64,000 bases of DNA from contig CM068751.1 of the NCBI GenBank assembly GCA_035084275.1, positions 7,564,001 through 7,628,000 of the forward strand, in the 5' to 3' direction. Every line of letters starts with the position of its first letter. The stretch's first letter is position 1. The notes under the pieces are model-generated. The model ran no database searches and had not been told where the DNA came from. It saw only the letters and a list, made by a program, of their open reading frames with translations. The DNA comes from Hydrolagus colliei (Eukaryota). Made by a program: the position numbers and the translations under genes. This document shows, in pieces, positions 23,198 through 37,727 of this stretch.

Positions 23198-26100
23198 ACT
23201 GTATATTCTTTTATTATAAGATTCCCTCCCACCCTGGCAACACATCTCCAGTTCCTACATTTCCCACATATTGTTTGTCCCTAAAAAGGAATCCTTAACA
23301 TCCAAAAGCAATGATCTACGGTTTTGATCAGTTTCTTATTCCAAAGCTTGCTGGAAAGAATCAACAGATGACATAAATTATTGTATACAAAGGTCAACAT
23401 CTGTGGTCGAGATTACTAATTTGCCCGTGTATATTCCTAAATAACTGATATTGCATATTTTGAAGAGATTATTTTAGCATTGCAAAGAAGTATAAAAAGA
23501 GCGTGGCCAGCTCACACAGTTTTTCATTATGTTTTTTTTAAGAAAAAAAAGTTTATAATTCTGCCTGGTATCAACTTCCAGAAATGTTAGTCTACTTAAG
23601 AGCAATTTCCTGTCAAAGACAATTTGCATCTACGTAACAATTTGGGGATCAAATAACAGTGAAAAGGTTAACTCCTCATAAGAGTAATTTTAATTTAGAG
23701 TAAAATATTTTTTTACTGGTAAGAGAGGGATAATCCTCCTTTATTTTGCCCCTCAGAGAAGCTGAATGCACTGTATTTAATATTTGTATAACCTAAGGCA
23801 GTGTGATCTTTTTTCCAATTGTACATACCTACCCATAGGGCAAGATCTTAATATGTTTGGATGAGTGCCAGCGAAAGGATTTAATATTTTTTAAGTTTCT
23901 TGTTTCTGGCTAAGTCCGTGTATGACCCAGAGTGTCCATCAATGCAGTTTATTAAATACTAATTGTGCTGCGACTGATTTTAAAGATTAGGAGAAAAATA
24001 AAACATGTAAAGGTTTCGCGAAACTTACTCTGTGTCAGACAATCAACCTGGTACTCGATAGTCCACTAAAGGTGAGCCGAATCTATGTGAAAATAACTTT
24101 CTAAACATTTAAATACATGGTTGGAAGTAAATAATCTTGAAGGCCCAGAAACTTTACAACTGGATTTCTATAAAATCATAGTAGAAAGAGCAAACTTGCA
24201 AATTAAGAACCACAATCCATGTGATCGATCACCCATTCAACAAGAACAGATGGACACAAAATGCTGAACCAAAAAGGTATATTCAACACAAAACTGATTA
24301 AGCATCTCAACTGCACTGCAGCCTCTAGGTGCAATTTGACAGTGGATTAACCATATTTAGGTCCCTGAGGATTAATATAGGATAGCTGGGTAGCTTTGAT
24401 GCTTGAATCGGGATCTTGTATTTAAGTGCCCGCATTTGGATCAGGAATTCTATATGTCAATAATGGAGGCGCTTTTTGTATGTTAGAATTCTACACCTGG
24501 ATCAGAATTATGCTCCAAGGGGGAATGGGTTTATCTGGAGTTGATTGTATTTTACAGGGTTTACATTGTGTTCCTTTTATCTCTTAATACTTTAGAAAAG
24601 AATGCTGCTTTGTATGCTAGGACCTTTTGTTGAATAATTTTGCAAAGAGAAAGTTTGAAGCTGGTCATGAAGCTTTTGCTTGTTTTAAAAAAACATAATT
24701 CAGAGTTTATGCTGGAAAGCCTTTGTGTCTCTTGTGTATATTTAATCACTGATCCTACAAATATAATAGTAACACAAGTCAGCCACCGTTGGTTATTCTC
24801 AAAGCCTGCCGACTGGAGAATCAATTTACTGCTCACATTGATTTCCAATAATTTTATAACGTAACATTTCAGGAAATCCATTTTTTGGAGGAACTGTTTG
24901 TGATAAAGCCTTAAACGTCTACAGAGTCATGTTTTCTGCCCTGAGTGGTTTTCTGCTGATAAGACTGCTTCGGGAATCAACCTGCAGTTGATTAACAGCA
25001 AAATAATTAGATTTTAGTAATTTCTGCTTGGTTCTTTGAGAAAAAGAAAAAGAAAGTAGCCTGGAGGCACAGAGTGTCAGTTAAGGTATTTCAATGTGAC
25101 CTTCTCACTTAAAGCATGGAGTTACAGGAAGGGCAGAACTAGTCTGCACCGAATCATACCACAAGTACTGAATGAAAGCGGGATTAGTCTAAAGCATCTA
25201 CTCTCCCTATAGGTACCAATAGATTTCCAGAAGCAGAGGCAAGACATGAATTCACTGGAGAATCGACCATTCGCAACTTTGAATTTAGTGAAGTTCACAG
25301 CTTAAATTGAGTAGAAGCATGGTGAATAATTAAATACGGTCAGCATGCAGTTACAAATATAGCCTTCAATACGATTCTCAAAAGAAAGTTCCTACTTTAG
25401 GTGCATTCTTTATCCAACATATTCAACCTCTGGCCTCTTGCAGATGAGATTACTAAATAAGCACAGTTTTATTCCACAGCCTAATGTCCACTGGGGGAAT
25501 AAGCTAATACAACAAAAACTCATTTAACTCTGTATTAAGCGTTGAGATTAGGTGAATTCAGAAACTCACGGTGAAATGGGGACTAAAGCCTTTTTAATAC
25601 TCCAAAGACTACAGTGTTTTTCAATTTTATGCCAGTTTAACCTCTCAAATATTTTCTGACTTGATAATGTTATGCTCTGATTGTACACAGTTATGAATGT
25701 GATCATTGGAGATCTATTATACACCTTGTGAAATCATGTTAGAATGAGATGAGCACACTTATCCTACTGTAATACAGAATACATTGTACAAATCTTTTCA
25801 CCAATTAACCACAAATGCAATTTCTCAAAGGGCCAAGTAAAACATTTTAACAGTAGAAATGTTCAAATCTCAAGATGAATACATTGGCATCTTCTATTTG
25901 TACTTTGCTGATAAAGTAAAGGTTGATTTCTTTTTTTGATAAAGGCTTTATGTGAATTAAGCTTTGAGCTCAGTTTTGATCTGATTTGGAATTTAGGAAA
26001 TACATTTGAAGGGTGCTCTGGAGATCATAAGTAGAAACAGAACTGCGACTTTGCTCCCATTGTGCACGGTGTCAATGAAAAATGCTGCTGGAATCGATTG

Positions 26101-26454
26101 CAGTTCCTCACCAAAAGCCAAGAGCCAAACCAATTGATGTCACCTTCTCTCTTACATTCAATTCGTCTTCCCCTTTTTTTGCTGCCATCTACAACTCTTC
26201 AGCATTCTGTTGTATCGGGGGCTGACAGATTGAACAGGACTAACAGGCAGTCTCACAGTGGTTACAACAGCAAATTCATGTTCAATTATAATTAACAGCA
26301 CAACTTCAGATTTGGCCAATTCCCCCTTGATTTGCGTTGTCTTAATACTGCGAATGTTTTCCTTGCACAACAGACGTTAATTTGAACGTATGCTGTTGGA
26401 TGAGAAGCCGCATGTGGCTCAAGCACCCGGGGGTAGGAAGGGGGAAAGTCTTCA

Positions 26455-26612
26455 ATGGTTTAAATGTCTTAAGCAAAGGACAGCAACTCTGACAATGCAA
26501 CGCACCAACTGGCACTGCGATGGAGCGTCAGCTTAAGACAACCCGAGTTCCAAGTCCTGACGGGTCTCTGACTCAGAGGTGAGAGAGAGTGCTACCATAG
26601 AGCCAAGCTGAC
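26455..26612 (-). mobile_element. Deu-domain SINE-like fragment with tRNA-like head
   Basis: aaaggacagcaactctgacaatgcaacgc...ctgactcagaggtgagagagagtgctaccatagagccaagctgaca; similar to 37560-37727. Confidence 0.6.
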
Positions 26613-28024
26613 AAGGCAACACGGTAGAAAGGTAAAGGAATCAGAGAAACATCAGGATGGAACTAGAGTAAATTGCTAAATAGAAAACATTGGCACAATC
26701 TCTTTTCACTGGTGCCAAGTACAGGAGAGAGAAGCCAGCGCGGGCTGTGGGCACTGCAGCGCTTTGGCACTTTTGTCTATCAGGAGCCTTATTCTACAAA
26801 TACCAGCAGTGAAATTCTGCCTTTAATTACATTTTCTATTGCCTCTTGCACCAGCATTCTGCTTTGCATGAAAAGAGCTGACTGTCTCCACAGCTTTTCC
26901 CAATAAGTAAAACAGCCTTACCGGCGTAGCAGTGAGAGGCCAGCAAGCAAAATACCTTGAATGGTTTGAGTAGCTTTATCATCCCAACTGAACAATAATT
27001 CAAATAGTAGTACAATACTTGACCAGTTGCTGTATTAAAGGCAGCAGATGTTTTAAACACTTAAGTCTGGTTGCTGTGCATTTTCACTTCTATTGATTGA
27101 AATGGTTGTTTGTCTTGTTAATCGTGAAAAAATCTTACTAGCATTCATCCCAACTCCGCCTGCATTTGGGTATACACATGTGCAGATCTCTGCTTTCCCG
27201 ACTCCACCAATGCATTTGAGTAATGCAACTGCGGCTGCCAGTTACACATCTGCTATGAATGTCTCCAATACTGTCACAACAAGAGGCTCCGTCTATGTCA
27301 AGCTCAAATCTTTAAGAATAGAGGGTAGAGGCAACGGTTTACATTGATCAGTGAGATACGTTCCATTGTTCCTTATGGGCTAACATTGGAGAATTGTCTC
27401 GTAGATTCCCACTGTAAGCAGGTAATCATTTCATTATACTTGGGAGTTTTATTTCAAAATTGATTTAAACGGTAAGTGAATTGGGAGACTAGGATTGTTT
27501 CACTCTAAATGGAAATTCACTATATCAAGTTCACTTTAGGCTGCACAGTTTTCCACTGTATAGTTTTTTGTATCCAGCACCTGTACTGATTTCTGGAAGG
27601 TTGCAAAGTCTAAACATATACAAATGTTAAAATTTAATCATCTGACTTAATTACTGTCAAATTTTGATAATGCCTCATAAAATAAATGCTGAAAATGGAA
27701 TACCTCAAAACTATGAACCTCTTCAAAATAAATATTGCACAAAACTTACTTAGAGAGTTTACCATAAACCATGAAAGAAAATGACATTTTCCTTCCTGCA
27801 AATGGGACATTTCGACTGTCCATTTGCAATAAATGAATTAAAGTAAATCAAAGCCACTAACTGCTGCCCGTGCATTAATTGAAATCTTCCTCTTTCCTCT
27901 CTTGCAGATGATGACTCTCGCTAGGTACTCCATTCCTCACAAGCCATTCTTCACATGTAAGTCCAGCGCCGGGACATCCTCCTGACGTGAAAGGCACAAT
28001 ACCAGTGTAATTTTGTTGTTGTTG

Positions 28025-28250
28025 TCCATACATGGTATGTTATGCTATTGAACCATGCGGAGTATCACAGCAAAATCCAATCCTGTTCTGCTTGGCATCC
28101 ACACAATACCGTTTCCAGTTGGGATCACTGATCAGGAGCAGGAATTCCGGCTGTTTTTTTTCTTCCTCTACCCAACGGTGTTGTGACCCACTGTATCATC
28201 CCAGCTGCTAACCTGTCTCAGCTCATCCATCCCAGAATCAAACTTAAACA
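28025..28250 (-). mobile_element. LF-SINE-like fragment
   Basis: Reverse complement of the 1.9-2.2 kb element core (atcacagcaaaatccaatcctgttc...tttccagttgggatcactgatcaggagcaggaattccggctg). Confidence 0.65.
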
Positions 28251-29377
28251 ACTTAAATCAAATAGCCAGAACATAAATGCATAAATCACTGCATTCAGTC
28301 AGTAGCAGGTGAGTGATAGGGATCAATTGTGGAATTTGTGAATAATTGAACATAGCCTGATAGGACAATGAATTGCGCTTGTTACTCAATACATATATAC
28401 TCATTACTTTTGTCAACCTCCTGTTGTTCCCGGGTCTTATTTTTGTTAAAATTACCTGCTACTATTTTATTTTGTCTTCAGCTTATAAAACAAATTTATA
28501 ATGACTTGGGATCATATTATAAATATCAGGAAAGAAGAGAAATCTGTTTTGTGACCTTTGTGACTTGAAATTCAAAATGTGTATATCTGATCTTGAAGCA
28601 ATGCATCCAAATGAGTTACTAGCAAACTGAAATTTCTTGGTATTCTTATCAGTGGCATTTAAAGGATTTTGTGTTCCTCCACTCATATGGTCTCAATCAT
28701 CAGCTCTCATAATATTTTCAAAAGTTAAAAATAATACAATGAGCTATGACTACACAACACAGGAAAAGTTTTTTTTTGGCATAGTATTGCTTTACATTTT
28801 TAATTTCTTCATTATGGCCAATACATAAACTGAATGTGTATCTGTTTGGAATCAGTAAAAATAGTCCAACATAAAGAAGTAAGCGTGTGTCAGCCATGAC
28901 AAACAAAGGTGAAGAGGGAAATTGTTAACATTAAATCAAGATTAATGTAGGCATTTATCGCGTATCAGTATTGGACAGAATTATATAAATAAAAATACGA
29001 ATGCAATAAAACCCAGCAAAATCGTAATTCTATTCCTATCATTGGGTTCTGCGTTTCGAAAATAATTGTTACATTTAATAAACCTGAGCAAGAAAATATA
29101 GTAAATCATGGATTAGAAGCTATTTGTCCATCTGGGGGAGGGGGGATTTTTATGCTATTCTAATGGGAAAATATGCTTTCATTTTATCTCTCCTGTCCTT
29201 TATGTTTGTGTTTGATATTTTAGCTAATTCCTTCCGTCTACCATGTTAAACACAACAGCAGCAATTTACACAGCGATCAGATGCCCTTTGGTACCTTGCC
29301 AAATGGTCCGATATTATCACCTTGTGTATGTGAGCATGCACAACGAGTGTCAGCGAGTTCGTTAATCAAGGATGATA

Positions 29378-29790
29378 ACAACAACAATTTGCACTTATAT
29401 AGCACATTTTTGGGGAGAGAGTTGTAGAGGTTAAGGACAAAGCATCTGAAAGCTCACTGGCTGATGATGGGTGAAGCTAGTGATGGTCCACAAAGCAGAT
29501 CAGAGTTGGCTTAGTGGAAGGAGCAGCTGGGAGAGTAGAGTACAGGAGATCACAGAGGTAGGCTGGGGTAAAGGCATTTGAAGGTGAGGGCAATGATCTT
29601 CAAGTCAATCCACTGAGGGATCGAGAAGCAGATGAGGTTGGGGCTGATGGGCTCAAACAGCCTAGTGAGAGAGAATATATGGGCCGCAGCATTCAAAGTG
29701 GTCTGGAACTTGTGGAGAGCAGAGAAGTGGGGCATTGGAAAAAAAATGAAGATAACAAAAATGTGGATGAGGGTTTTGTTTGCAATGGAG
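29378..29790 (-). mobile_element. LINE2 (L2) 3' fragment
   Basis: Minus ORF ...LHKFQTTLNAAAHIFSLTRLFEPISPNL...WIDLKIIALTFKCLY resembles the L2 ORF2 C-terminus (QNAAAR...HITP.L..LHWLP...I.FK...LTFK). Ends in a (TTG)n tail at about 29378-29400. Confidence 0.75.
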
Positions 29791-29794
29791 ATGA

Positions 29795-30030
29795 GACAAT
29801 CCTACCCTCATCCATGCAACATCCAGCATGGTTCATTGGTCAGTGATCAGGAGCTGACATCCTCGTTGATTTTTCTCTCCCCTTTAACCCCCACCTCCTC
29901 TAGCCCCAAGTATTTTGTAAATTGTAGCACCCCAATTTCTGTTAAGACAAAGATCAGCTAACTCAACATAGGCCAGAATTTAAACATGTAACAAACTGGT
30001 CTTTCAGACTTCATACATTATTCCATTAGG
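29795..30030 (-). mobile_element. LF-SINE-like fragment
   Basis: atccagcatggttcattggtcagtgatcaggagctg...gatcagctaactcaacataggccagaat is the reverse complement of the LF-SINE 5' half. Confidence 0.6.
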
Positions 30031-33000
30031 CAATCAGAACAGCTTTTGTCTAAATGTTGCATTGATAACAAAATAGTCTATATACGGTACTAATTTTAAC
30101 CTAATATTCTTGCTTCAATATGTTTGTAGTGAACACACAATATGGACATGGCATAAAGGAGAGCTCCACAGTGGGTTTAAGAAATCTGTTCAAAAACATC
30201 TTATCCCCAGATGTACAGTACTGTACTACAATTGTCATATGACATCAACTCGAGAAATTTGAACCAGGAAAACATGAATCACATTTTTTAACATTTTGCT
30301 GGCTCTAAATTGTTCCGTTGAAAGTTGAGTTCCAGCAAAATTGCACTTGTAAAAGAAATCCCTTTTTAAAGAGTCATTAGAAATGTCAGTCTCTGGACTC
30401 ACCCACCCTACACTGGAATTTTTTAGCCTTTTTTTTATTAATTCTTTTTTTTATTAAATAGCTTATTTGCATCCAAGGACTGAGTGGATTGATTCCCTTC
30501 TGAAACTACCACCTGGATGAGGTTTAAGGAGCAGTGCTCACGAAACACCATTTTGGGAATAACACTGAATTGACTCTGACTGGGATATTAGTGTTAAGTG
30601 AATGTATATTCACATAGAAATGCAAGAGTGTCTTACAGGACATATGGATCATCAATCATAAATTTGAAAGGTAGAAAACAGATTTTGTCTTATTATCTGT
30701 TCATTTTTAACTGTTTTACTCAGTTGACACGTATCAATAGTAATTATATTTTCCTTTTTGTATTAATGTCGATTCATTTTGATCACACTTAAGAAGATAG
30801 GAAGATGCAGTAATGGAAGTAAAACATGTTTTTGTTAGGGACGCGTAAAAGGGTTAGTTTCCAATGATATTTACTTTCAAAAGTTGTTCAGTAAATGATT
30901 TGCATGGAGACGCTTGGGCAGAGGTGGACTAGGAGTCAAGGCGGAGGTTTGTCTCTCTCTCTAAAAATTATTAAAATGTTAAAAAAATGAGAAATGGAAT
31001 GCATGTCTCTCACCCTTCAATAGCCAAATGGGTCGGTTCATCCATTTACATTTTTTTCATTTAAAAAACAAAAGCAAATCTAATATCTGCTAACTCAAAG
31101 ACAGCATTTCTGAGAATTCAAGTTTCATAAATTCTGGAAATATCTTGAATTGGAGAATTCTTCCAATTTAACAAGAAGCTGCTCTGCCCAAGAGACACAG
31201 CTTTGTTCTTCACACAAAGCATTAATTTTTAGAAGACTGTAGTCACGATTAACCAAAGAAATTAAAATCATCTATTGACATCGGACCCGGAATGTAAATC
31301 ATAGAACTGCCGGTACACTAGACTCTCAGTAAATACTCCTTTGCTCTGTGTACTGATAGTTATTGTTATATCTCTGAAATTCAAGACAAAAGAATGTAAG
31401 ACTAGTTAGATTGAAGTCCTGTTTTTATTTTATTTTTGTGTCCATGCATAAGAGGAAATTATTTTTGACACCATTAAAACCATTCAATGGAATTGGTTTA
31501 AGAATATTTATTATACATAATATATATGTATATAACAATTACCAGAAGAAGATTATTTTTTATTGTTAAAATGGTGTAAGGAAGGAAATAAATGTATCAA
31601 ACAGCAGGTAATGTATTTCTGGAATTGTCAGTAAAACAATATTTAAGGTTGAGGACGAGCATCATTTTAATGCTGATCTCGGAAACAAAGGGCTCTTAGC
31701 ATAAAATTTATGAAATCAAATTCTAATTTGGAGTAAATGAAACAGTATTGCAGTGCCCATACACATTCTGTGTGGAAGTGTTGTTGAATTAAATTGCTCT
31801 TGACATTATTAAAATCACAGCCGTTAAGGGTAATTTGATGTGAATCAACAGCAAACTCTTTCACAGCTAGATATCACAGGCAGAGCCTGGCTTTGCTAGA
31901 GTCAGGGAAGAAATGCCTTCTTTAATATAAAAGCCCATCTGTGAAAACCATAGACCATGTTAAGTGAATCAAATTTTTTGATGGACGATTATATTTCATT
32001 CCCCTTTGCTCTGAAGCAGAAAACTGCACTGTATTAAAAAATAGATTTTTTTTATTCACAAAATAATAATCCACCCTTTGCGTCTATGGGTGCACGGTCC
32101 ACAGAATGAAATTGCTAGCGAAAGCTATACCGTATTTCATTATTCTCAACCAAAATACGATCTCCCTTCATACATAATAGATTTTCTTCCAGCGAATTAA
32201 CATTCTTGTTTCGAACTCCACTGACAGTTTTTGGATTCAGAAATGCATTACACAGGAGCTGATGACATACTCCTTTCTGACCCTTACACATTCGCTTTCC
32301 GTCATTTACAGAACATGCTGTCAGTGGAATCCTGATAAATGCTCTTGAAGATGTCACTGCAAAGCTTAGCCTTAATGTGAAACACATGCGGGTCAGTAAC
32401 CCTCCATTCATCATGGGGTGGTGGTGTTTGTGTGTGTGTGGGGGGGGGTTGGGAGGAAGGGTTGGTCAGCTACTGGTTGATCACTGATCGGCAAAAGCAA
32501 TTAACCATTTAATTTACTCTATCAGAAAAGAGTGTTCATTTGTAAACAGGTTGCTTCCTACACTTGCCAACCAAAAGAGGTGTTTTAGAAGCTGTTTCAA
32601 ATGTCAAAGCGCTCTCTGACTCAACAGATAAAATCAGAGTTTTATTAAAACCCAGCCGATTCAGACCCAGCCGTGTTTGAATTCACTTTTTTCATGCTTC
32701 TACTTTCTCGGCATCGAAAATAAATGGATAGTTTATCACCAAAACTTTGTTTGTGTCGGATGGCAGAACAACACAAAAACTAGAAAATCTCAATGTTTGC
32801 AGATCTTTTTGTAATCAAATCAGCCAAGACAGTATATAATGGTGATCCATTTCCCAGGTTAAAGATCTGAAATAAGTGAGAATGTGGAAAACCCCAGTAC
32901 ACGTTTAAAATGTTTACTGGGAATAATTCACACTCACTAAAATTGCACTGTGGGCATTATCAATACCACAGTCTATTTGAAATAGATTATTTGAAAAAAG

Positions 33001-33049
33001 AACTAGGGTAGAGGACAAGTCTATGCTTCCAAGTTTCATTGGTGGGTCA

Positions 33050-33183
33050 GACACTTTCGCCTACAAAATATAGTCAATCCACTTGGCAGTGTATTCTCTG
33101 ATCTATGCACTTTGAGACCTCTTAATGACGTGATAATGTATATACACGTATATCAAATGCAAGGATTATTATTAGTAGTAGTA
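33050..33183 (+). mobile_element. SINE 3' fragment
   Basis: Family body ending in tatcaaatgcaaggattattatt. Confidence 0.75.
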
Positions 33184-33799
33184 TAGAGACAGGATGATCA
33201 ACAGTGCATTGGATTTACTGTAAAACTGCCTGGCTTTGCTGCCCATGGCTCCATACAGCCAATTTAATCCCAAGAAGGTGTTTTGAACTTGGGAGGCATG
33301 AGTAGAACTTGAGTGTTTTAGATTTTCCAAACAGAAATTAAACAATGAGACAAGATAAATGCTTTCACAGTGACCTCACTGTGTTTCGATCAGTCTCTCG
33401 GGTGTGAATAGTATTCCAGTGTTGTACATTTTTATTGCCATCAGGAGATGTACTACCCTCCTTCACATCAAGTAGTTCATAACCACAAGCAACAAACAGA
33501 ATTGCATCACTTGGCATTCACTGAGAGTTGTAGCATTTCACGCATAAACACTGCAATCACATGAACTCTCAATATGACTATCTTCGGAAGGCGTCTGAAA
33601 AATGATTACTCTGGGACAAACTACAGAGACATTATTTGATTCTTGGGAGGAAAACCAATAAGCAACAGTATTATGGGATGAAATTAGTGGCATTTTGCTC
33701 ATTCGTTTTCCTTTTCCAAAATTATCAGATGCTCATTGCACCCAGTATATTAGACATGATTCTAAACAAAGTTCTGTTAAACAAAAATTGAACCAAAAA

Positions 33800-34090
33800 T
33801 TAGATGGATCCCTTGGACCAGAAAGGGAATTGGTTGAATTCTGGTTTGTGCTAAATTAAGGGAAACAGAATTGAGTTCACCTAATTTGTCTCAGAACTCT
33901 GGTCTGGAAAAGGGAAAAGTCTCAGCAGTAGTTTTTCCTTCACTGTACCTGGAAAGTACATGTTGGGTTCAGAGAGGATCAGGCTTAGCTGTAGCTGTAA
34001 TGCTCACTGCAAACAAATAACCTGCTGACATTCATTGTCTACCCCATAGGGTTACATATTAAGAACGGACACTTGGGCAAGATACTAAGC
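33800..34090 (+). mobile_element. LF-SINE-like copy
   Basis: ggaccagaaaggg...ctggtttgtgctaaatta...ctggaaagtac...gaggatcaggcttagctgt...cctgctgacattcattgtcta...aagaacggacacttgggcaagatac; collinear with the 1.9 kb copy. Confidence 0.65.
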
Positions 34091-35239
34091 TTTGCTCTTG
34101 TGGTTTGTGAATGCCTTGATGCTGTTGCTGCTTTGTAATTTACTCCTATGTATCCATGATTCTGTATGGATCACATGGGGTTGAGCTAGATCCTATTACC
34201 TATAATATCAGTGCTCAGAAGTGAAAGGGCACTTAGTTCCCAGCCAAATGGAGCATAAATTTTAGATTCTTCATGCTTTCAAAACAGTGGAGGACATTTA
34301 ATCCATACCGTAATAAAAACAAAATGTGTTGAACTTTAATAGATTACCTAATAAGAGTAGAGGATTTTGATCAAAGGGTCATGTAAATAGTACTGCGGAA
34401 TGTGGTTACCAGATTCTGCTCATATCACAATTATTGGAGAAATGCACTTTGCACCAAAATACTAAAAATGTCAACTAGTTTTTTTGGGGGGAAACGGGAA
34501 ATACTCTTATTATTGTTTCTATTACAGTGCTTTTTTTTTAAAAAAACAGTAATTCTTCAAGAGTATAAAGAAATTACTAATATCTAGAGTTGCTCTGTTG
34601 TATCAATGGCCTTTTATGGAATTTAGAAATTCACTACATTACTTCTGTTACACATAAAGTTCCAATTGAAAAATAAATGCATTTCCAGCAGTACTATATT
34701 CATACAACTTGATTAAAGCCTTTCTTCCTTTCTTCCAACACCCACAGTCATAAAACCAGAAGCCTGAGAATAATGATGAAAACAGATCAGACAGCAGAGA
34801 CTTTCAACCCATCAAATTTCAGGAGACACTGTGTGATGGCATTTACAGATGTTCAAAAGAGCAAATGAATTCTTTACTAACTTCTTTGAATAGAAATGAA
34901 CTACAGTTTTGACTGTAAGTTCAACACCATTGATAAACAATGGGATCAGTACACGGTAAAGAGAGTTTCAAAAGAAATAATGGTGATGAAGGCAAACGTT
35001 ACAAAAATGCTCATCATTCCAAGTCAATGGGGGAGAATTCTGTGCTAAGTCAGAGTCAGGGTAATGGACTGAGTGGCTTCTCCCTGTCTTATCTTGTTAT
35101 CTTTCAGACTTCCAACCAAGACTTTTGTTTGTAGCATAATACAAGCTTGCAGATGTGCTAGATACCATCTCCCTGGTGATCGTTGTGACAGTGGAGCCAT
35201 TTGGCAATGATTTAATTTAATTGGAAATAGCATTGGAGT

Positions 35240-35450
35240 GTACTAATAATCCCTGCAAAAAAAAACTAAAACAAATTGATAATTTCAACCCACGACTGTT
35301 TGTGTGTCACTCCTGTGCACAATTGGCTACCACGTTTCGTCCACAAGTATATAGTCAACTCACTTTACAGTATATTCTGTGAAGCGCTTTGAGACGTCTA
35401 GAAAACGTGAAACATGCTATATCAAATGCAAGGATTATTATTATTGTTAT
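35240..35450 (+). mobile_element. SINE 3' two-thirds
   Basis: Family body and tail. Confidence 0.85.
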
Positions 35451-35685
35451 TTGTTTCTTTTTTGAAAAATTGGCCGCAAAGCTGCATCGCGACTCACAGG
35501 ACTTTCCTGTTTTGACATTAAAATGCCATCTGGTTGTGAGGGCATCACCGCATTGGATCCCAATTTGGTAAAACTTTAGTTAAGGTCATAAAATGAGTTG
35601 CTTACATTCGCAGGGCCTGGTGGCACCAAACATTTGTAAAACACCCTCCTGCCAAGAAGGAGGAGAAATACTGAAAGTGACTTGA

Positions 35686-35783
35686 AGTCAATTCACTTTA
35701 CAGTAGATTCTGTGAAGCGCTTTGAGACATCGATAAGATGTGAAAAGCGCTATATCAAATGCAAAGATTATTATTATTGTTAT
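35686..35783 (+). mobile_element. SINE 3' fragment
   Basis: agtcaattcactttacagtagattctgtgaagcgctttgagac...aaatgcaaagattatt. Confidence 0.85.
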
Positions 35784-37379
35784 TGACAGAAGATTGTTTT
35801 CTTTTTAAAAAAAATTATATTATATCCCCAGAAAACCAGTGTTAAAGCTGGAACCTAGGATACAGAGGGCTGAGTGGACACCATTTGGCCTCTTCCGACT
35901 CGTCCGGCTTGTCCACAATGGTTAAAAATAACTTAGAAACCATGCATATCAAAACAAGTTATGATAAAATCTGAACATAGATCCATCATCCAACCTGCAA
36001 GACATCAGTGCATATGAATGCAATGCACAGGAAGCTACATCAGCAGTGAGCTGACAACCTGAAATTTGTTCATGTTTTGCTTAGAACACAACCTCCGAGG
36101 CATTGGACCCCGTGAGCCATGTTATCTCGGGGACTCCCGTATGTAGATGTTGGTGATACAAGAGTATCGTATCCATTTTATGTCACACATCATGTAAGGT
36201 GCCCCCAAAAAATGATGGTTATATATTTTGTGTGCAGTTTATGGACTGGGAGCATAAATTAGACCCTTGCATTCAATAATTGTTGTAATTGCGCAGTTAA
36301 TATTATAAGTTTCAAATGAATTTTGTCGCAACGTAAACCGTAATTCATTAAATGTTCTTTTGAGCACAGACCACAGCAGTGACTGCACACATCAGATAAA
36401 GTGTTCCATCCTCAACAGCGAATCACTATTTATTATTAAGGAGCATCGACAAAAAGTAATTCAGGGAACAAGAGTAACAAGCCACTTCCATTCTATTATG
36501 TATTGCAGTACAAAAAGTCTGATGTGTATAAGAGCAAACACAACGTATGGAGTAAGTGGATAGTGTGAGGAGAATTTCAGTATTAACATGGATTTTCTAA
36601 TTTAGTTTTAAAAGCAATGCGTTTGATACTGTTACACCCGTAATCAATTTCTTGTGGATAAGAAAAAAAAAAGGCATCAATTAATTGTGCGCTTAATATG
36701 ACAGAAACTAGGAAGGTTCCTATCTCCCTGGAGGGGGAAATTAGTTTCATCGGTCTTTATAGTTTTTACAACGCTGTTAACTTTTGAGGTCTGTGAGTTA
36801 TCAGCGCTGTGCAGAAACCAGAAACAACACCATGCTGATGCAAACTGCACATTAAGTAAATAGTAAAAAGCCACAGATGCAAGCAGTCATTTTGGCCACC
36901 CTTTGTGCCATTAGAATCTCATTTTCTGCCTATTAGAATACCCCTTACTGTTCCAGCACGAGCAGCGGCCAATGATTGGTGTGTAATTGACTGTAATTTT
37001 CTTTTCACTTTTCATTTGTGTCAATCCCTGCTTCCTTATGTTCTTCAAACTTGCAGAAAAGATTTCAAGAAAATCACACCTTTGGCTCTGTATCTCTTTT
37101 AATTATAGATTTGTGTGACAAATCTTGAAAATTAGCTGGTGTACACCTGTGTCCAGGATATGCTAATGTTTTGCACAATATATTTTAATTCAACAAACTA
37201 ACATCAATCTCCAAAAGCTAACAGACTCTTTAACTCTTTAAAAATGCTAAGCTTTCTCCAATGGTCATTTATTTGCAGGATAATTTGCTGAGCCTGCGGC
37301 AAGCTTTGCATGATCTTCAGAACTGCAACTTTAGCATCCTCACATTTAATATAGGGCTTCAGAGTGTATCTAAAAAGTG

Positions 37380-37727
37380 TAATTACTGCGTATTTGTAGG
37401 TGCGCCGAAGCCAATTTGCACACAGTAATAAACCGCAAACAGCCATGAAGTGAACGACTACTTTTTCTTTCATTTGGTTGATTGGTGGCCAGGAAATTGG
37501 GAGAAATTCCCTTCTCTTTTCGAATAGTGCCTTGGGATCTTCAACATCACCAGAACAAGACATCAGTCTAATGTCTCACCCTAAGGATAGCATCTCCAAC
37601 AATGCAGCAATCCGTAGGACTGAATTGGGATGTCAACCTAGACTATGAGCTCAAAGCCTGACATGGGGCTTGAACCCACAGCCTTCTGACCCAGATGTTA
37701 GAGTGTTACCAACTGAACCAGGCTGAA
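37380..37727 (-). mobile_element. Deu-domain SINE-like copy, near full length
   Basis: tRNA-like head (ggcttgaacccacagccttctgacccaga...accaactgaaccaggctga on the plus strand) plus core ctcttttcgaatagtgccttgggatcttcaacatcacc...aaggatagcatctccaacaatgcagca. Confidence 0.7.
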
